64,000 nucleotides of DNA from Candidatus Nealsonbacteria bacterium DGGOD1a (GCA_022530585.1 CP092821.1:70222-134221); one strand, 5' to 3'. Counted from the first letter of the stretch, positions 1 through 8,353 are shown. The notes: generated by a model not told the origin, from the letters alone. Translations and numbers: made by a program.

Positions 1-77
1 CACAAACCGCGCAAAAAATCAAAAAACTGCTGGCGGGCGAAGCAACCGGCATTTTATTTCCGCGGTTGGAAGAGTGA
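1..77 (+). CDS. C-terminal end of an unidentified CDS cut by the window edge
   Basis: Frame 3 is open from position 3 and reads QTAQKIKKLLAGEATGILFPRLEE, then TGA at 75-77. No family motif is visible. Confidence 0.25.
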   Translation, partial: QTAQKIKKLLAGEATGILFPRLEE

Positions 78-123
78 GTTTGCGTCTTCAGTTTTCTTTT
101 GGCAGATTGGGAATATAAATTCA

Positions 124-376
124 ATGGCAAAATTAACCGCGAAAGAAAAAGAAAAAATAATGAAACTGCGGTCTCAATTTCCGCGACAGCTCAATATCTC
201 CGTCCACTGTTGCGAGGAGGGGGGTTGCGGCGCGGATAAATGATTCTCCGGGTTGTATAACTGAAGGAAATACTTTTTCAGAATTGATTGAAATGGTAAA
301 CGATTGTCTTTATACTTATTTTGGAATACCGTTAAAATATCTTGGGTTTATGCCGACCTATTTGCCGCGGATATAG
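124..376 (+). pseudogene. HicB-like antitoxin (UPF0150-type), apparently split by a +1 frameshift
   Basis: ORF 124-243 ends ...VHCCEEGGCGADK*. The +1 frame from 245 continues SPGCITEGNTFSELIEMVNDCLYTYFG...PRI*. Joined, the two parts resemble the HicB N-terminal pattern eGG...PGc.TeG.T..E. Confidence 0.4.
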
Positions 377-418
377 AAATTTGCTAAAAAATGCAATCAC
401 TCACTGGGAAGTAAAATA

Positions 419-471
419 GCGAATTTGGAGGTCAATCCTCGGCTTGCGAGAGGTTTGACCTCCAAATTCGC
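419..471. repeat. Hairpin with a 17-bp perfect stem carrying a GAGGTCAA/TTGACCTC motif
   Basis: gcgaatttggaggtcaa (419-435) is the exact reverse complement of ttgacctccaaattcgc (455-471). There is an inner cctcg/cgagg stem. Related half-sites follow at about 486-535. Confidence 0.85.
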
Positions 472-849
472 GCCAGCCCTTACCGCAAATTCGTTGAGGA
501 TTGACCTCAAAATGCAAGTTCTCGAGGTCAAACCTTAACAAATTTGCTCCCCAGTGAGGGGTTACAAAAAAATATCTTGACGCCAAAGAATAAATTTTGT
601 ATATATTTAAACATAATCGAGATTATATTCAAATATAACTTTTTCAAGGTGAACAATCCGGCCGCGTTAAACAATCCAAACTTTAACTTTTTCTTTAGCC
701 CCTCTCGGAGTTCGGGAATTTTTCGTTTGCGCGGTTGATTTGAATTGTTGATAACGCTCAAAGCAAATGGCAAATTCTCGGACAACGAGATTTTTTGTTT
801 TTATAAACGCTTGTTGCCTTATAGATCGTTTAAAATTTGGAGAATCGCT

Positions 850-1248
850 ATGGAAATTGGAAAATTCCCGAACGCCATCAGGATGATGGCAGGTATAGAA
901 GAAAATGAAACCGCGATAAACCGGCTTGGGGTTTTTGTTTTGTCGAACCCCGATATCTACAAAGAAATAGCTGGTTTATTCCGCGAAAAATGTATCGGCC
1001 TTTTCCGTGAAAATTATTGCTGTGCGGAAAAGTGGACTCTTCAAGGGGTAAGTGGGTACGGCAGCTTCATTTCTTTCGGGGTGGGCGAGAGAATAAAGAG
1101 GCAAGAGAAGCTTATTGATGAAGAGCTCAATGATTTTCTATGCCAGAAGAGAAAGTCCGGCGAAAAAGATTTGGCTGTTTATTATTGCACAAACGGCAAT
1201 AAAGAACGCCATATTATTATCACGACAATAACATGCCCGCAGGTTTAA
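850..1248 (+). CDS. Hypothetical protein (~132 aa)
   Basis: Internal ATG (MEIGKFPN...) of ORF 745-1248. No motif recognised. It lies in a gene-poor, repeat-rich region. Confidence 0.3.
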   Translation: MEIGKFPNAIRMMAGIEENETAINRLGVFVLSNPDIYKEIAGLFREKCIGLFRENYCCAEKWTLQGVSGYGSFISFGVGERIKRQEKLIDEELNDFLCQKRKSGEKDLAVYYCTNGNKERHIIITTITCPQV

Positions 1249-1285
1249 TCCGCGGGCATCATTTTTAAAACTATTGGCAGCTTTT

Positions 1286-1346
1286 TCTGTTGAAGTTTCT
1301 GTTGAAGTTTCTGTTGAAATGTCTGTTGAAATCAAATTTCAACAGA
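1286..1346. repeat. Iteron-like array: four tandem 12-mers plus one inverted copy
   Basis: tctgttgaagtt occurs at 1286 and 1298, tctgttgaaatg at 1310, tctgttgaaatc at 1322, then an inverted ttcaacaga at 1338-1346. Confidence 0.85.
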
Positions 1347-2136
1347 AAATTTTTGCCATGTATGGTGATTTGGACAAGATGACCAAGGTTTACCATTCTG
1401 ATATGGATGATATCTTGCAAATAAGGGAAAAATATCTCTTGGAAGCCGTTGCTTTGCTTGGTAGATCATTTGATTGATTTCAATTTATCGGCTAATCATT
1501 GACGCGGGTTTGGTGTTTTGGTATTATTTAAATACAAATTTATGAATTGCCAAACATGGGAAACGAATATTGTGTTGATGGCGGCGGCACTTCTTTCTTT
1601 TAAGGAGGGTCTTTTGTTTGGCAGGGAATAACGGAAAATCAACGAACAAATCCAAAACTCTCCGAAAGGAGGGTTTTTTGTTTGTTGCAAAGCGGAACTT
1701 TTACAAATAAATATTGCGGAGTGATGCGCGTGGTCGACGGGAAAAAAGATGAACAAAGAGTTTTTTGGACTAAGACATCAAAAAAGGACGAAGATTATTT
1801 GGGCGGAAGTTGCAAGGCGAGACATCCTGTTCTTTCGGGCCAGGATTGCGCTTACGGCGATCCCCGAGATAAGCCGCCCGAAAAAACAGGGTGGGGACAT
1901 TGTCCGTATTCGCGGGAAAACGAAAATAAATAAAAATGGGGCAGTCGCTTGATCGCCCTTTTGTTTTGCTGTCTTGACGGGTTTGCATCGGTTTGATATA
2001 TATTAAATATAAGAATATGAAAAACCAGAATCGACAACTGAATAGCAATGGATTGTTGTTGGTCAGCCTGGTCCTTATTATTAAGGAGGGCTTTTTATTT
2101 GGCGCAAGTTAAAGAAAATAAAATTTGTTCCAAATA

Positions 2137-2164
2137 AAAAGCCCTTCCGCAAGAAGGGTTTTTA
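2137..2164 (+). terminator. Rho-independent terminator-like hairpin
   Basis: cccttc-cgcaa-gaaggg stem-loop followed by a ttttt run. Confidence 0.6.
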
Positions 2165-2373
2165 GTTGTTTAAAAATATAAGACCGAGGTTATCACCGAA
2201 TTGCGCTGAATCAATGATCCAGCATAGTTCGGTGGTAACCATAAAAATCTTTTCCAATGGATTACCCCCCCAGAGATATGGGGGGGTTAAGAAAGGCGAT
2301 GGCGATAGCTATCGTGATGGAGATAGAGATGGCGATCACAAGGATAATCCTTTTTGATCGCTTATTTTTTATG

Positions 2374-2416
2374 TTGAGGTTTGACCTCAACACAACCTCA
2401 ACACAACCTCAACAAA
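2374..2416. repeat. Perfect palindrome TTGAGGTTTGACCTCAA followed by tandem CACAACCTCAA units
   Basis: The 2374-2390 palindrome has the same GAGGT..ACCTC core as the 419-535 sites. An 11-nt unit is repeated twice directly after it. Confidence 0.8.
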
Positions 2417-2471
2417 TTGGCTTACTTTGTGTTTTATACGACAGGCGGGCGTTTTGCTTGAAAATTGGAAC

Positions 2472-2514
2472 ATTGAAAATTAATTGAAAATTGAAAATTG
2501 AAAATTGAAAATTT
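2472..2514. repeat. Tandem ATTGAAA heptamer tract upstream of the nadM-nadE fusion gene
   Basis: The sequence reads attgaaaattaattgaaaattgaaaattgaaaattgaaaattt. Related tracts occur at 5710-5730, 24647-24675 (reverse), 24754-24783 and 32620-32645. Confidence 0.85.
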
Positions 2515-2541
2515 GCGCTCATTGGATTAGAATATAACATT

Positions 2542-3825
2542 ATGGAAAATACAGATTATACCATCCCCAAAGGGAAGAAGGTGGTGTTTGTGGGGCGGTT
2601 CCAGCCGTTTCATAACGGGCATCTGGAGGCGATCAAGTGGATTTTGGGTCAGACGGGCGAGGTTAGCATTGTGATCGGCAGTATGCAGGAATACGGGCAG
2701 GCCAATAATCCGCTGGATTTCAAAGAGCGGAAAGAAATTTTGGAAGCGGCGTTAAAAGAAGCCGGGATCAAAAATTACAAGATTTTTGGGTTGCCGGATT
2801 TTCGCAATAACGCGGCCTGGTCAAAAAAGTTGTTGGAGGTCGCCGGACTTGACGCCGGCCGGGCGGTTTTAGTTTCTTTAAATGACTGGGCGCGGGAGAG
2901 CGCGCGCGAGATTGGCATCGAAATCGCGGATCATCCAATGTTTTTCGATAACTTGTCGGCCACGCAAGTGCGGCAAACCGTTGCCGCGGGTTTTGAATGG
3001 GATAAATTGGCGCCGGTCGCGGTTGCTCGCCATTTAAAAAATAACGGCGGGCTGAAAAGGATCGCCGACAGCCAAGTATTGCCCGAAGATAGAATAATCG
3101 GCTTCATTAAAGATAAAATGGCCGTGGCCGGATTGGAACGGTTGGTTTTGGGCGTTTCAGGCGGGATTGATTCGGCGGTAACCGCCGCGCTGTTGCAAAA
3201 GGCGTTCAAGAAAAAAATAACATTCGTCTGGATGCCGTTCGTGCGCAAGTGCCCGTTTGGGAAAAATGTGGCGCGTCTGGAAGAGGCGTTCAAGATCAAG
3301 GTTGAAAAAATCTATCTGGACAAGATGATCCAAACTTTCGTCAAGGCCTTGCCCAACGGCGGCAATTTGGTCTATGGCAATTTAAAGCCGCGGATTCGCA
3401 TGGCCACGCTTTATTATTTCGCCAATTTAAGAAAGGGGATGGTGGTGGGTACCACCAATCGCACGGAGCTGGAAATCGGTTATTTCACCAAGTACGGCGA
3501 CGGCGGCGTGGATATCGAGCCGATCGCCGATCTTTACAAGAGCGAGATATATGATATGGCCAAACGGTTGAAAATTCCTTCCGAGATCATCGAAGCCGCG
3601 CCCACGGCCGCGTTATGGCCGGGGCAGACCGATGAAAAAGAGCTTGGCTTGAGTTATTTTCAATTGGATACGGTGTTGAAGCTGTTGAGTCAGGGATTTC
3701 TTCCCGAAGAGGTTTGCCGCCTCACGAATACCGACGCTAAAAAGATGCGAAAGATCCTTGATCGGAAAAAGAATAACGCGCACAAGCTGGCGATGCCTCC
3801 GGTGTGCGTATTGAAAAGCGAATAA
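2542..3825 (+). CDS. nadE: Fusion protein: N-terminal NMN/NaMN adenylyltransferase (archaeal NadM-type) plus C-terminal NAD synthetase (NadE-type)
   Basis: The N-terminus has VVFVGRFQPFHNGH (cytidylyltransferase H-x-G-H motif). The C-terminal half has LGVSGGIDSAV (PP-loop SGGxDS) and TNRTELEIGYFTKYGDGG. Confidence 0.8.
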   Translation: MENTDYTIPKGKKVVFVGRFQPFHNGHLEAIKWILGQTGEVSIVIGSMQEYGQANNPLDFKERKEILEAALKEAGIKNYKIFGLPDFRNNAAWSKKLLEVAGLDAGRAVLVSLNDWARESAREIGIEIADHPMFFDNLSATQVRQTVAAGFEWDKLAPVAVARHLKNNGGLKRIADSQVLPEDRIIGFIKDKMAVAGLERLVLGVSGGIDSAVTAALLQKAFKKKITFVWMPFVRKCPFGKNVARLEEAFKIKVEKIYLDKMIQTFVKALPNGGNLVYGNLKPRIRMATLYYFANLRKGMVVGTTNRTELEIGYFTKYGDGGVDIEPIADLYKSEIYDMAKRLKIPSEIIEAAPTAALWPGQTDEKELGLSYFQLDTVLKLLSQGFLPEEVCRLTNTDAKKMRKILDRKKNNAHKLAMPPVCVLKSE

Positions 3826-3837
3826 CATTATTTTGCG

Positions 3838-3875
3838 GGGGTCTAACCCCTGCGATTACACAGGGGATAGACCCC
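3838..3875. repeat. 38-nt GC-rich nested hairpin repeat, copy 1
   Basis: ggggtctaacccctgcgattacacaggggatagacccc, with an outer ggggtct/agacccc stem and an inner cccctg/cagggg stem. It lies 14 nt upstream of the next start codon. Confidence 0.9.
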
Positions 3876-3888
3876 AAAAATAGAAATT

Positions 3889-4845
3889 ATGGATATTATC
3901 AATATTCTTTTGGTTGTCGGCGGCTTGGCGATTTTTGAGATCGTCAACAGTATCGATAACGCCATTATCAATGCCCATGTTTTGAAAACGATGAGCGTCA
4001 AATGGCGCAAGATTTTTCTGTTTTGGGGATTGATATTCGCGGTGTTTGTGATCCGCGGGGTTTTGCCGTTTTTGATCGTATGGATCACGGTGCCCGGGAT
4101 TTCGATCGTTGAAGCTTTCCAAGCGATGTTTTCCGGCGCGCCGGAAGTCGTCGAGGCGATAAACGCGGGCAAACCGCTGATTTTGATGGGGGCCGGAGTT
4201 TTTCTTTTGCTTTTATATCTTCACTGGCTGTTCCTTGAAGAAAAATTGCCGCTGTTCGTGGTCGACAAACTGATCAAGCCGCATTTTGGAATATGGTTTT
4301 TCGCGTGCGCGGCGGTTTTGCTTACCGCTTTGCTTTATTTTGCCAAAGCCAACCCTTTATTGATGCTTTCGGCGGCGATTGGCAACGCGATGTTTTTTAT
4401 TCTCTACGGGTTCCGCGAGCAAGCCGAAAAGGGAAGCGAACGATTGCTGGCCGGCGGCGGCGGGATGGGCGATCTTTCCAAATTCTTATATCTGGAAGTT
4501 TTGGACGCGTCATTTTCTTTTGACGGAGTTTTGGGAGCGTTCGCGTTCACGACATCGATTCCATTGATATTGATCGGCAACGGCGTTGGCGCGTTTGTGG
4601 TGCGGGAAATGACCATCAGAAGCATTGATAAGGTGGCCAATTACAAATTCCTGAAGAACGGCGCGATGACATCAATCGGGATATTGGGAGCGATCATAAT
4701 TTTTGAGAGTTTCTCCGAGAGTTTGAAATTGGGTTTTGACATCCCCGACGCGGCCGCGCCGTTGATAACTTTCGCGCTGGTGGGCGTGGCATTTTGGGAA
4801 TCCCATAAGTTATTAAAGAAAGAAAATCATGCCGCGGCTGGTTGA
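3889..4845 (+). CDS. TerC/DUF475-like integral membrane protein
   Basis: Multi-pass hydrophobic profile. The N-terminal EIVNSIDNAIINA resembles the TerC-family E..S.DN motif. Confidence 0.55.
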   Translation: MDIINILLVVGGLAIFEIVNSIDNAIINAHVLKTMSVKWRKIFLFWGLIFAVFVIRGVLPFLIVWITVPGISIVEAFQAMFSGAPEVVEAINAGKPLILMGAGVFLLLLYLHWLFLEEKLPLFVVDKLIKPHFGIWFFACAAVLLTALLYFAKANPLLMLSAAIGNAMFFILYGFREQAEKGSERLLAGGGGMGDLSKFLYLEVLDASFSFDGVLGAFAFTTSIPLILIGNGVGAFVVREMTIRSIDKVANYKFLKNGAMTSIGILGAIIIFESFSESLKLGFDIPDAAAPLITFALVGVAFWESHKLLKKENHAAAG

Positions 4846-5668
4846 CACTCACGCGCATTTGAATCTGGAGGTCTTTGACGGCGATCGCTGGCAGGTGATC
4901 GAAAATTCCTTGAGCGAGGGGGTTTTTATGATCAATGTCGGAGTCAACTACGCTTCGTCTTTGCGCGCGGTGGAAATCGCCGAAGATTCCGGCAAAGGGG
5001 TTTGGGCGGCGATCGGCTTGCATCCGGAAAATATCGACGACGATTTCCACCCCGATATCAAAGATTTCCGGCGGCCCGAAGACATCAAGGAACCGGCGTT
5101 TGATGCCAAACTTTATCGTAAGCTGGCGCGATCATCCCAAAAAATTGTTGCCATCGGCGAGATCGGTTTGGATTATTTGCATTTGCCCAAAGACCAAATT
5201 AAAGCGCCGCGCGTCCGCGACAAGCAGGCGGATATTTTCAAACGACAACTGGCGCTGGCCCGCGAACTTGATTTGCCCGCGATTATCCATACGCGCATCG
5301 CGCATAAGGACACGATCGGGATTTTGCGCGAATTCGCGGAATCGGAGGGAAGCGTTAAAGGCGTGATCCATTGTTTCACCGGCAACGCCAAAGAAGCGCG
5401 TCAGTATTATGATTTGGGATTGCATTTCGGATTGAACGGCATTATTTTCAAGCTCGATTTGAATGAGGTGATCGCAAAAATGCCTTTGGACCGGATTTTG
5501 CTGGAAACCGATTGTCCGTTTCTGTCCCCTTCGCGTGAAATCAAACGCAACGAACCGAAATATGTTTTGAATATCGCCGAGCGCGTGGCGCAAATTCGCA
5601 ACGATTCGGTTGAAACCATCATCGAAGCCGCTACGGTAAACGCGAAAAAACTGTTTGGTATCGGTTGA
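4829..5668 (+). CDS. TatD-family metal-dependent hydrolase/DNase
   Basis: N-terminal LVDTHAHLN, then EIGLDY, IHTR, GVIHCFTG and ETDCPFL motifs typical of TatD/YcfH. Confidence 0.85.
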   Translation: MPRLVDTHAHLNLEVFDGDRWQVIENSLSEGVFMINVGVNYASSLRAVEIAEDSGKGVWAAIGLHPENIDDDFHPDIKDFRRPEDIKEPAFDAKLYRKLARSSQKIVAIGEIGLDYLHLPKDQIKAPRVRDKQADIFKRQLALARELDLPAIIHTRIAHKDTIGILREFAESEGSVKGVIHCFTGNAKEARQYYDLGLHFGLNGIIFKLDLNEVIAKMPLDRILLETDCPFLSPSREIKRNEPKYVLNIAERVAQIRNDSVETIIEAATVNAKKLFGIG

Positions 5669-5751
5669 TTTTATTTTGATTTAAGCTATTATTGGAATTG
5701 TTCGAAAATTGATAATTGGAAATTGGAAATTCGCCGCGTTAGGCGGTTTTC

Positions 5752-5837
5752 GGAGGGATCGCATAGTGGCATTGCAAGAGGTTGCTAACCTCTGACGGTC
5801 TTAAAGCCGTCCGTGGGTTCGAATCCCGCTCCCTCCG
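5752..5837 (+). tRNA. tRNA-Ser (anticodon GCT)
   Basis: Manual fold: acceptor ggaggga/tccctcc, anticodon stem agagg/cctct with loop ttGCTaa, long variable arm gacgg...ccgtc, T-loop ggttcgaatcc. No encoded CCA. Confidence 0.9.
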
Positions 5838-6138
5838 CTTTCACCCGCCGTAGCTTTATGCGCTGGCGGGTTTTGCTTGAATCTACCGCGGGCGATAGCG
5901 GATAAGCCCGCTCATAAAAATAGAACTGCCGAGGAATAAGTGATGATGCGCAAAAAAGACTAAAGACTGGTTCTGACGGGATCGTGTTTTTGTTGGGTCT
6001 TGTTTAATCTTAATTGAGCGTAGCGAAATCAAGATTAAACAAGCACTCTTGTTGAATCTTACATAATCTTATATAGTTAAAATAGAAGATTAATTTTTTT
6101 ATTTACTTTTAATTGCGAAATCATTATTTATTCAAAAA

Positions 6139-7224
6139 ATGGAAAATAAATTTAATGTTCGTTTGGAGAATTTGCCGGCGGAGATTTGGCGGATGGTGAG
6201 CGAAATTGACGAGTACAAGGGCCGGTGGATTGCCGGGGCGCAGTTGAACCCGCAGGTGCTGGGACGCTTGAAACGGTCGGTTCTGATTACTTCCACCGGC
6301 GCTTCCACGCGGATTGAGGGCTCCAAGCTCTCCGACGAAGATATTGAAAAAATGATGCGAGGGATAGATATTCAAAAATTTGCCGATCGCGACAAGCAGG
6401 AAGCGCGAGGATATTATGAATTGTTAGAGAATGTTTTTAATTCTTGGCAATCGCTTAACTTTTCGGAAAACACCATCAAACATTTTCATAAGGAGCTTTT
6501 GAAGTATGTGGCCAAGGATGAGGGGCATCGAGGAGAATATAAAAAACAAGACAATAAAGTGATTATGGTTAACGGTGCCGGGCAGTCGGTTGGCGTTTTA
6601 TTTGATACTACTTCGGTTCATTTGACGCCCAAGGAAATGCAGGAGCTGGCGGAGTGGGCACAGGTTGCGTTTAAAGAAAAGAAATATCATCCGCTTTTAA
6701 TAATCGCGAATTTTATTGTTGAATTTTTGGCAATTCATCCATTCCAAGATGGAAATGGCCGGCTTTCCCGTGTTCTTACCAATTTATTGCTTTTGAAAAG
6801 CAATTATCAATACGCGCCCTATGTTTCTCACGAGAAACTTATTGAGGATAACAAACCGGAATATTATCTGTCGTTGCGGAAAAGCCAAAAAACATTTTTG
6901 TCTGCCAATGATTTAGCTATGGAGGATAAGACGCCAAAAGAGGATATTGCTTCTTGGTTGGAGTTTTTCTTGGGAATTATTTTGAAGCAATCGCGGATGG
7001 CGATTGATTTGCTTTCAAGGGAGAATATCGAAAAATTGCTCTCGCCCAAACAACTTAAAGTTTGGGAATATTTTCAGCAGGCAAACGAAGCGACGCCGGC
7101 TCAAATCGCCGCCGCCACCGGTATCGCTCGCCCCACGCTGAACCAATCGCTCGATAAACTTCTGCGTCTGAAAAAAATTGAACGCCTGGGCCAGGGCCGC
7201 GCCACTCGCTATCGCAAAATATAG
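6139..7224 (+). CDS. Fic-family protein (AMPylase-type) with a C-terminal winged-helix region
   Basis: Canonical Fic motif HPFQDGNGRLSR. The C-terminus has an HTH-like segment, ATPAQIAAATGIARPTLNQSLDKL. Confidence 0.85.
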   Translation: MENKFNVRLENLPAEIWRMVSEIDEYKGRWIAGAQLNPQVLGRLKRSVLITSTGASTRIEGSKLSDEDIEKMMRGIDIQKFADRDKQEARGYYELLENVFNSWQSLNFSENTIKHFHKELLKYVAKDEGHRGEYKKQDNKVIMVNGAGQSVGVLFDTTSVHLTPKEMQELAEWAQVAFKEKKYHPLLIIANFIVEFLAIHPFQDGNGRLSRVLTNLLLLKSNYQYAPYVSHEKLIEDNKPEYYLSLRKSQKTFLSANDLAMEDKTPKEDIASWLEFFLGIILKQSRMAIDLLSRENIEKLLSPKQLKVWEYFQQANEATPAQIAAATGIARPTLNQSLDKLLRLKKIERLGQGRATRYRKI

Positions 7225-7340
7225 TGAGCCGCGCAACGGGGTACAGATCATCCGGCCGGGTATTTATTAATAATCTTGGATTGCGAAACCCTTCAAAGCA
7301 TTTGGATTTAATGGTTTCGTAATTCAAAGTAATAAACATT

Positions 7341-7512
7341 TAATTTGAGAGTGTAGAAAAACTATTTTCGGAACGAAATTTTCAGATTTCGAGCGAGAAA
7401 AATGAGGAAGGAGAAGGCATACTTGACTTAAAGTCTGCCGCCGACTGACGAATTTTTCGTAGCCGAAAGATGGAAATTGCAGTTGAAATATAGTTTTTCT
7501 ACACTCTCAATT
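7341..7512. repeat. ~170-bp imperfect palindrome (MITE-like or long hairpin RNA)
   Basis: 21-bp perfect terminal inverted repeat: ttgagagtgtagaaaaactat (7344-7364) versus atagtttttctacactctcaa (7489-7509). The interior arms are also partly complementary. Confidence 0.8.
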
Positions 7513-7857
7513 TAACTTTGGCTCGTTCATCTGCTTTGATAAAGTATCGTCCAAAACCATGATGGCTTTAATCCATTTCCTTGAAACTTAAACGCATTGA
7601 GGATAATATCCAAAACCTTGCGAACCCTATTTCTATTTTCAAGTGAAAGATTGTCAAATTTAGCCATATTTTTTCATTACTTTTTTATACCCGACTGGTT
7701 GAGGCAATCTTAATGGTTCCGTCGATTTATTTCAAGATTAAAGCAAATCAACCTTGACAATGACCAATAATTTGGTTAGGCTTTGGTCAGAAAAATTTTT
7801 GGAGGTATATTAGTGCCTTTTGTAGAAAATTCACAACAAGCAACCAAGGAAAGGGTT

Positions 7858-8139
7858 ATGGAAGGAAGTATCAGCGATACCGCGATGGAGCTTATGAACA
7901 GACTTCACCTGCTTGGAAATGGAAGCACAGAAGAAGAACTTTCTTGGCTTTGCACCGCAATCAATAGTAAATACAATGAAGGTGACATAGAGAGTATTTA
8001 CGGATTGCCGGATATTCTGCTCGCAAAAGTCATAGAGCATAATGATGGTAAACTTCTATCGTGCGCGGCAATTATTGCCAAGGCACTCCATTTGCCAGTC
8101 TTCGAAGCAAAAAAGGCTATTGAAGCATTAGAGGAATAA
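7858..8139 (+). CDS. Hypothetical protein
   Basis: ORF only (MEGSISDTAMELMNRLHLLG...). No motif recognised. Confidence 0.3.
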   Translation: MEGSISDTAMELMNRLHLLGNGSTEEELSWLCTAINSKYNEGDIESIYGLPDILLAKVIEHNDGKLLSCAAIIAKALHLPVFEAKKAIEALEE

Positions 8140-8353
8140 ATTTATTTTAATTTATTTTCTTTTTTTTATACGCTTATTGGTCTAACAATTTCTTATTCAT
8201 CAGGGACTTCCTTTTTTATCGTTTTATCTTATCGGGACGAGATTAAGTCTTTCCAGTTCTATACCGACTGTTTTCCAATCTACCGTTCTAAACTCATTCA
8301 CTAACGCCCGCCTTCACCCCGCCGCCGCTTTATGCGAAAGCGGGCTTTGTTTT

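Noticed and set aside
1680-2050. Overlapping ORFs 1682-1933, 1749-1952, 1770-2048 and 1852-2037. Also a possible riboswitch, tmRNA or RNase P-like RNA in 1690-1975, which has local pairings such as gggcgg/ccgccc and atcctg/caggat.
   Set aside because: The ORFs overlap each other in several frames with low-complexity products. I could not recognise any conserved ncRNA signature: no tRNA-like end, no GGAAAGTCC-type P4, no known riboswitch boxes. The region is left unannotated.
7527-7667. 46-codon minus-strand ORF (MAKFDNLSLENRNRVRKVLDIILNAFKFQGNGLKPSWFWTILYQSR) beside the 170-bp palindrome.
   Set aside because: It is too short and has no recognisable family. It is possibly a remnant of a gene truncated by the palindromic element, and is mentioned under that finding rather than called as a feature.
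5837-8353. Possible genomic island next to tRNA-Ser(GCT), bounded by ~43-nt direct repeats (5837-5878 versus 8310-8353, ~80% identical) and carrying Fic, the 170-bp palindrome and orphan ORFs.
   Set aside because: The repeated sequence belongs to the GC-rich hairpin family that also flanks other tRNAs in the window. It does not include tRNA 3'-end sequence, and no integrase is present. The similarity is better explained by two copies of a generic terminator-type repeat. The region may still be accessory.
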